From Chlorokybus atmophyticus (Eukaryota > Plantae > Mesostigma and Chlorokybus algae), in the NCBI GenBank assembly GCA_009103225.1, contig RHPI01003369.1:1037490-1101489 (forward strand): 64,000 bases of DNA, in the 5' to 3' direction. Position 1 is the stretch's first letter, and each line of letters begins with the position of its first letter. Under the pieces are notes generated by a model, which did not search any database, was not told where the DNA came from, and was given only the letters and a program-made list of their open reading frames with translations. Below, in pieces: positions 62,846 through 64,000 of this stretch. The translations under genes were made by a program, and so were the position numbers.

Positions 62846-64000
62846 CCACCGGGCTATATTGACTGCCTGTTTACCTACCACACTACCCTACTCTAGACCT
62901 CCCCGTCAGGCATGCATACATGCGTATTGTTGGTTGATTGCCTGTGCAACACACGAGCAGCAGCGTCAACCACGGTAGTCCAGGTGCAGCGTAACAGCAG
63001 CAGGTAGCATGCAGCACACTCCCTCTCCCTCCCTCTCTCCCCCTCTCCCACAGTCTCCCTCCCTCTCTCCCTCTCCGTCTGTCCTTCCCCTGCTTCCCTA
63101 CTTCTTCGTCCCCCGCTCCGCCTGTTCTCTCTCCTCCGCCTCCCCCTCCTCTTGCTGTCATTGTGCCGTCGCCTCAACTGCAAACCCTTGTCGCCGCTGA
63201 TCTGGCAAGGCCCCTCTGCCCCGCCCCTCTGCCCAGCCTCTCGTTCTGCAGGCTGGCATGCAGTGTTGCACTGTGGCACTAGGGCACTGCACTGTGTAGC
63301 GCTGGCAGTTAGGTGGTGCTGGTGGGGTTGGGTGGTGGGGTTGGACGGCTGTGTTCTTAGCACGGGCAGGCTGCGTTACCAAGCAGCCTGCTCCCCGCGC
63401 ACGTTGTCTGGTCCCGCTGACGTGGTGTCTGCGATGGTCGCCTTTGCGCGCCGGTGTTTCTGTAAAGCGAGGTACACCATCTTGTACAACAATGCCGGGG
63501 GGGGTGCAGTACGCATACGTGTTGTTGCGCATCATGCGTTGCCGCAGCGTCGCCAACATCCGTTTCAAAGAGTGGCCCTCCGACTGCATCGCTGTGAGCA
63601 GGTCCGTCATAGCGTTGATGTAATGAGTGCGATACGTGCACACGCGGATGAACCGCACGTACTGCGATTCCACCACTCCCAACCTGACGCTCTGAGGCAC
63701 ATTGGACTCCGGTAGCGGCGCCCTATGTCGTCTGATGTCTTTGTACTCCGGCAAATCTTGCTTGCTGTACAGCTTGGTGCAGATTCCGTCCGCTGTTTAG
63801 AAAACCATCAAATCTAGAAATGGCACCGATGTGCCCGCAGCTGTACATGTCACTGTGAGTGCATGTCTTGGGTACAGGCCTCCCCCTGGTACGTCACTTC
63901 CCATGTACAGCATCGCTGCAAAATCTGGCATGTCCGCCACAAACAGGTCGTCTATGTAGCGTAGCACTCCTCTTGCACAGGCCGTCAGCAGGGACATGTC
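62846..64000 (-). mobile_element. Penelope-like retroelement (Naiad/Chlamys type): RT catalytic/thumb region plus 3' UTR, cut off by the window end
   Basis: LRYIDDLF, GLYPRHALTV, SVPFLDL, KLYSK, SNVPQSVRLGVVESQYVRFIRVC. No GIY-YIG domain downstream. In-frame TAA at 63797-63799. GA-rich 3' tract. Confidence 0.85.

Noticed and set aside
63797-63799. Alternative genetic code (TAA=Gln) as an explanation for the RT stop
   Set aside because: Well-supported host genes terminate at TAA or TAG in the expected positions (trpD, AlkB-like, RRP42, FAH).
1-64000. CRISPR arrays, rRNA, prokaryotic operons or viral hallmark genes
   Set aside because: None seen. The tandem repeats are simple microsatellites and the genes are spliceosomal-intron eukaryotic genes.

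Overview
Intron-rich eukaryotic nuclear DNA, most likely from a flagellate green-lineage alga. This is an inference from the transit-peptide-bearing trpD, the plant-type fatty acid 2-hydroxylase lacking cytochrome b5, a ciliary WDR31 orthologue and a Chlamys-type retroelement. Two N gaps are present (about 17945-18126 and 39805-40111). Recognisable genes: an ALKBH4-like AlkB dioxygenase fused to a PIP box and UBZ4 zinc finger (-), anthranilate phosphoribosyltransferase (+), a five-bladed beta-propeller glycosyl hydrolase-like protein (-), exosome subunit RRP42 (+), a ULP2-type SUMO protease (+), a CSC1/OSCA channel (+), AP-2 alpha-adaptin (+), a coiled-coil protein (-), stomatin-like SLP2 (+), WDR31 (-) and fatty acid 2-hydroxylase (+). 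Several multi-exon genes could not be identified. Genes tend to sit in tight head-to-head pairs. The 38.3-49.1 kb region is accessory. It holds a mosaic tandem duplication, an intron-retaining pseudogene, an F-box/LRR pseudogene, a non-LTR retrotransposon remnant and dispersed repeat motifs. The window ends inside the RT of a Penelope-like (Naiad/Chlamys-type) element. Most notable observations: the PIP-UBZ4-ALKBH4 architecture with an apparent frameshift, at least six GC-AG introns (three in RRP42), a ~1 kb intronic insert bounded by both direct and inverted repeats, and a short motif family tied to the retroelement 3' end. All calls were made by eye, with no database search.
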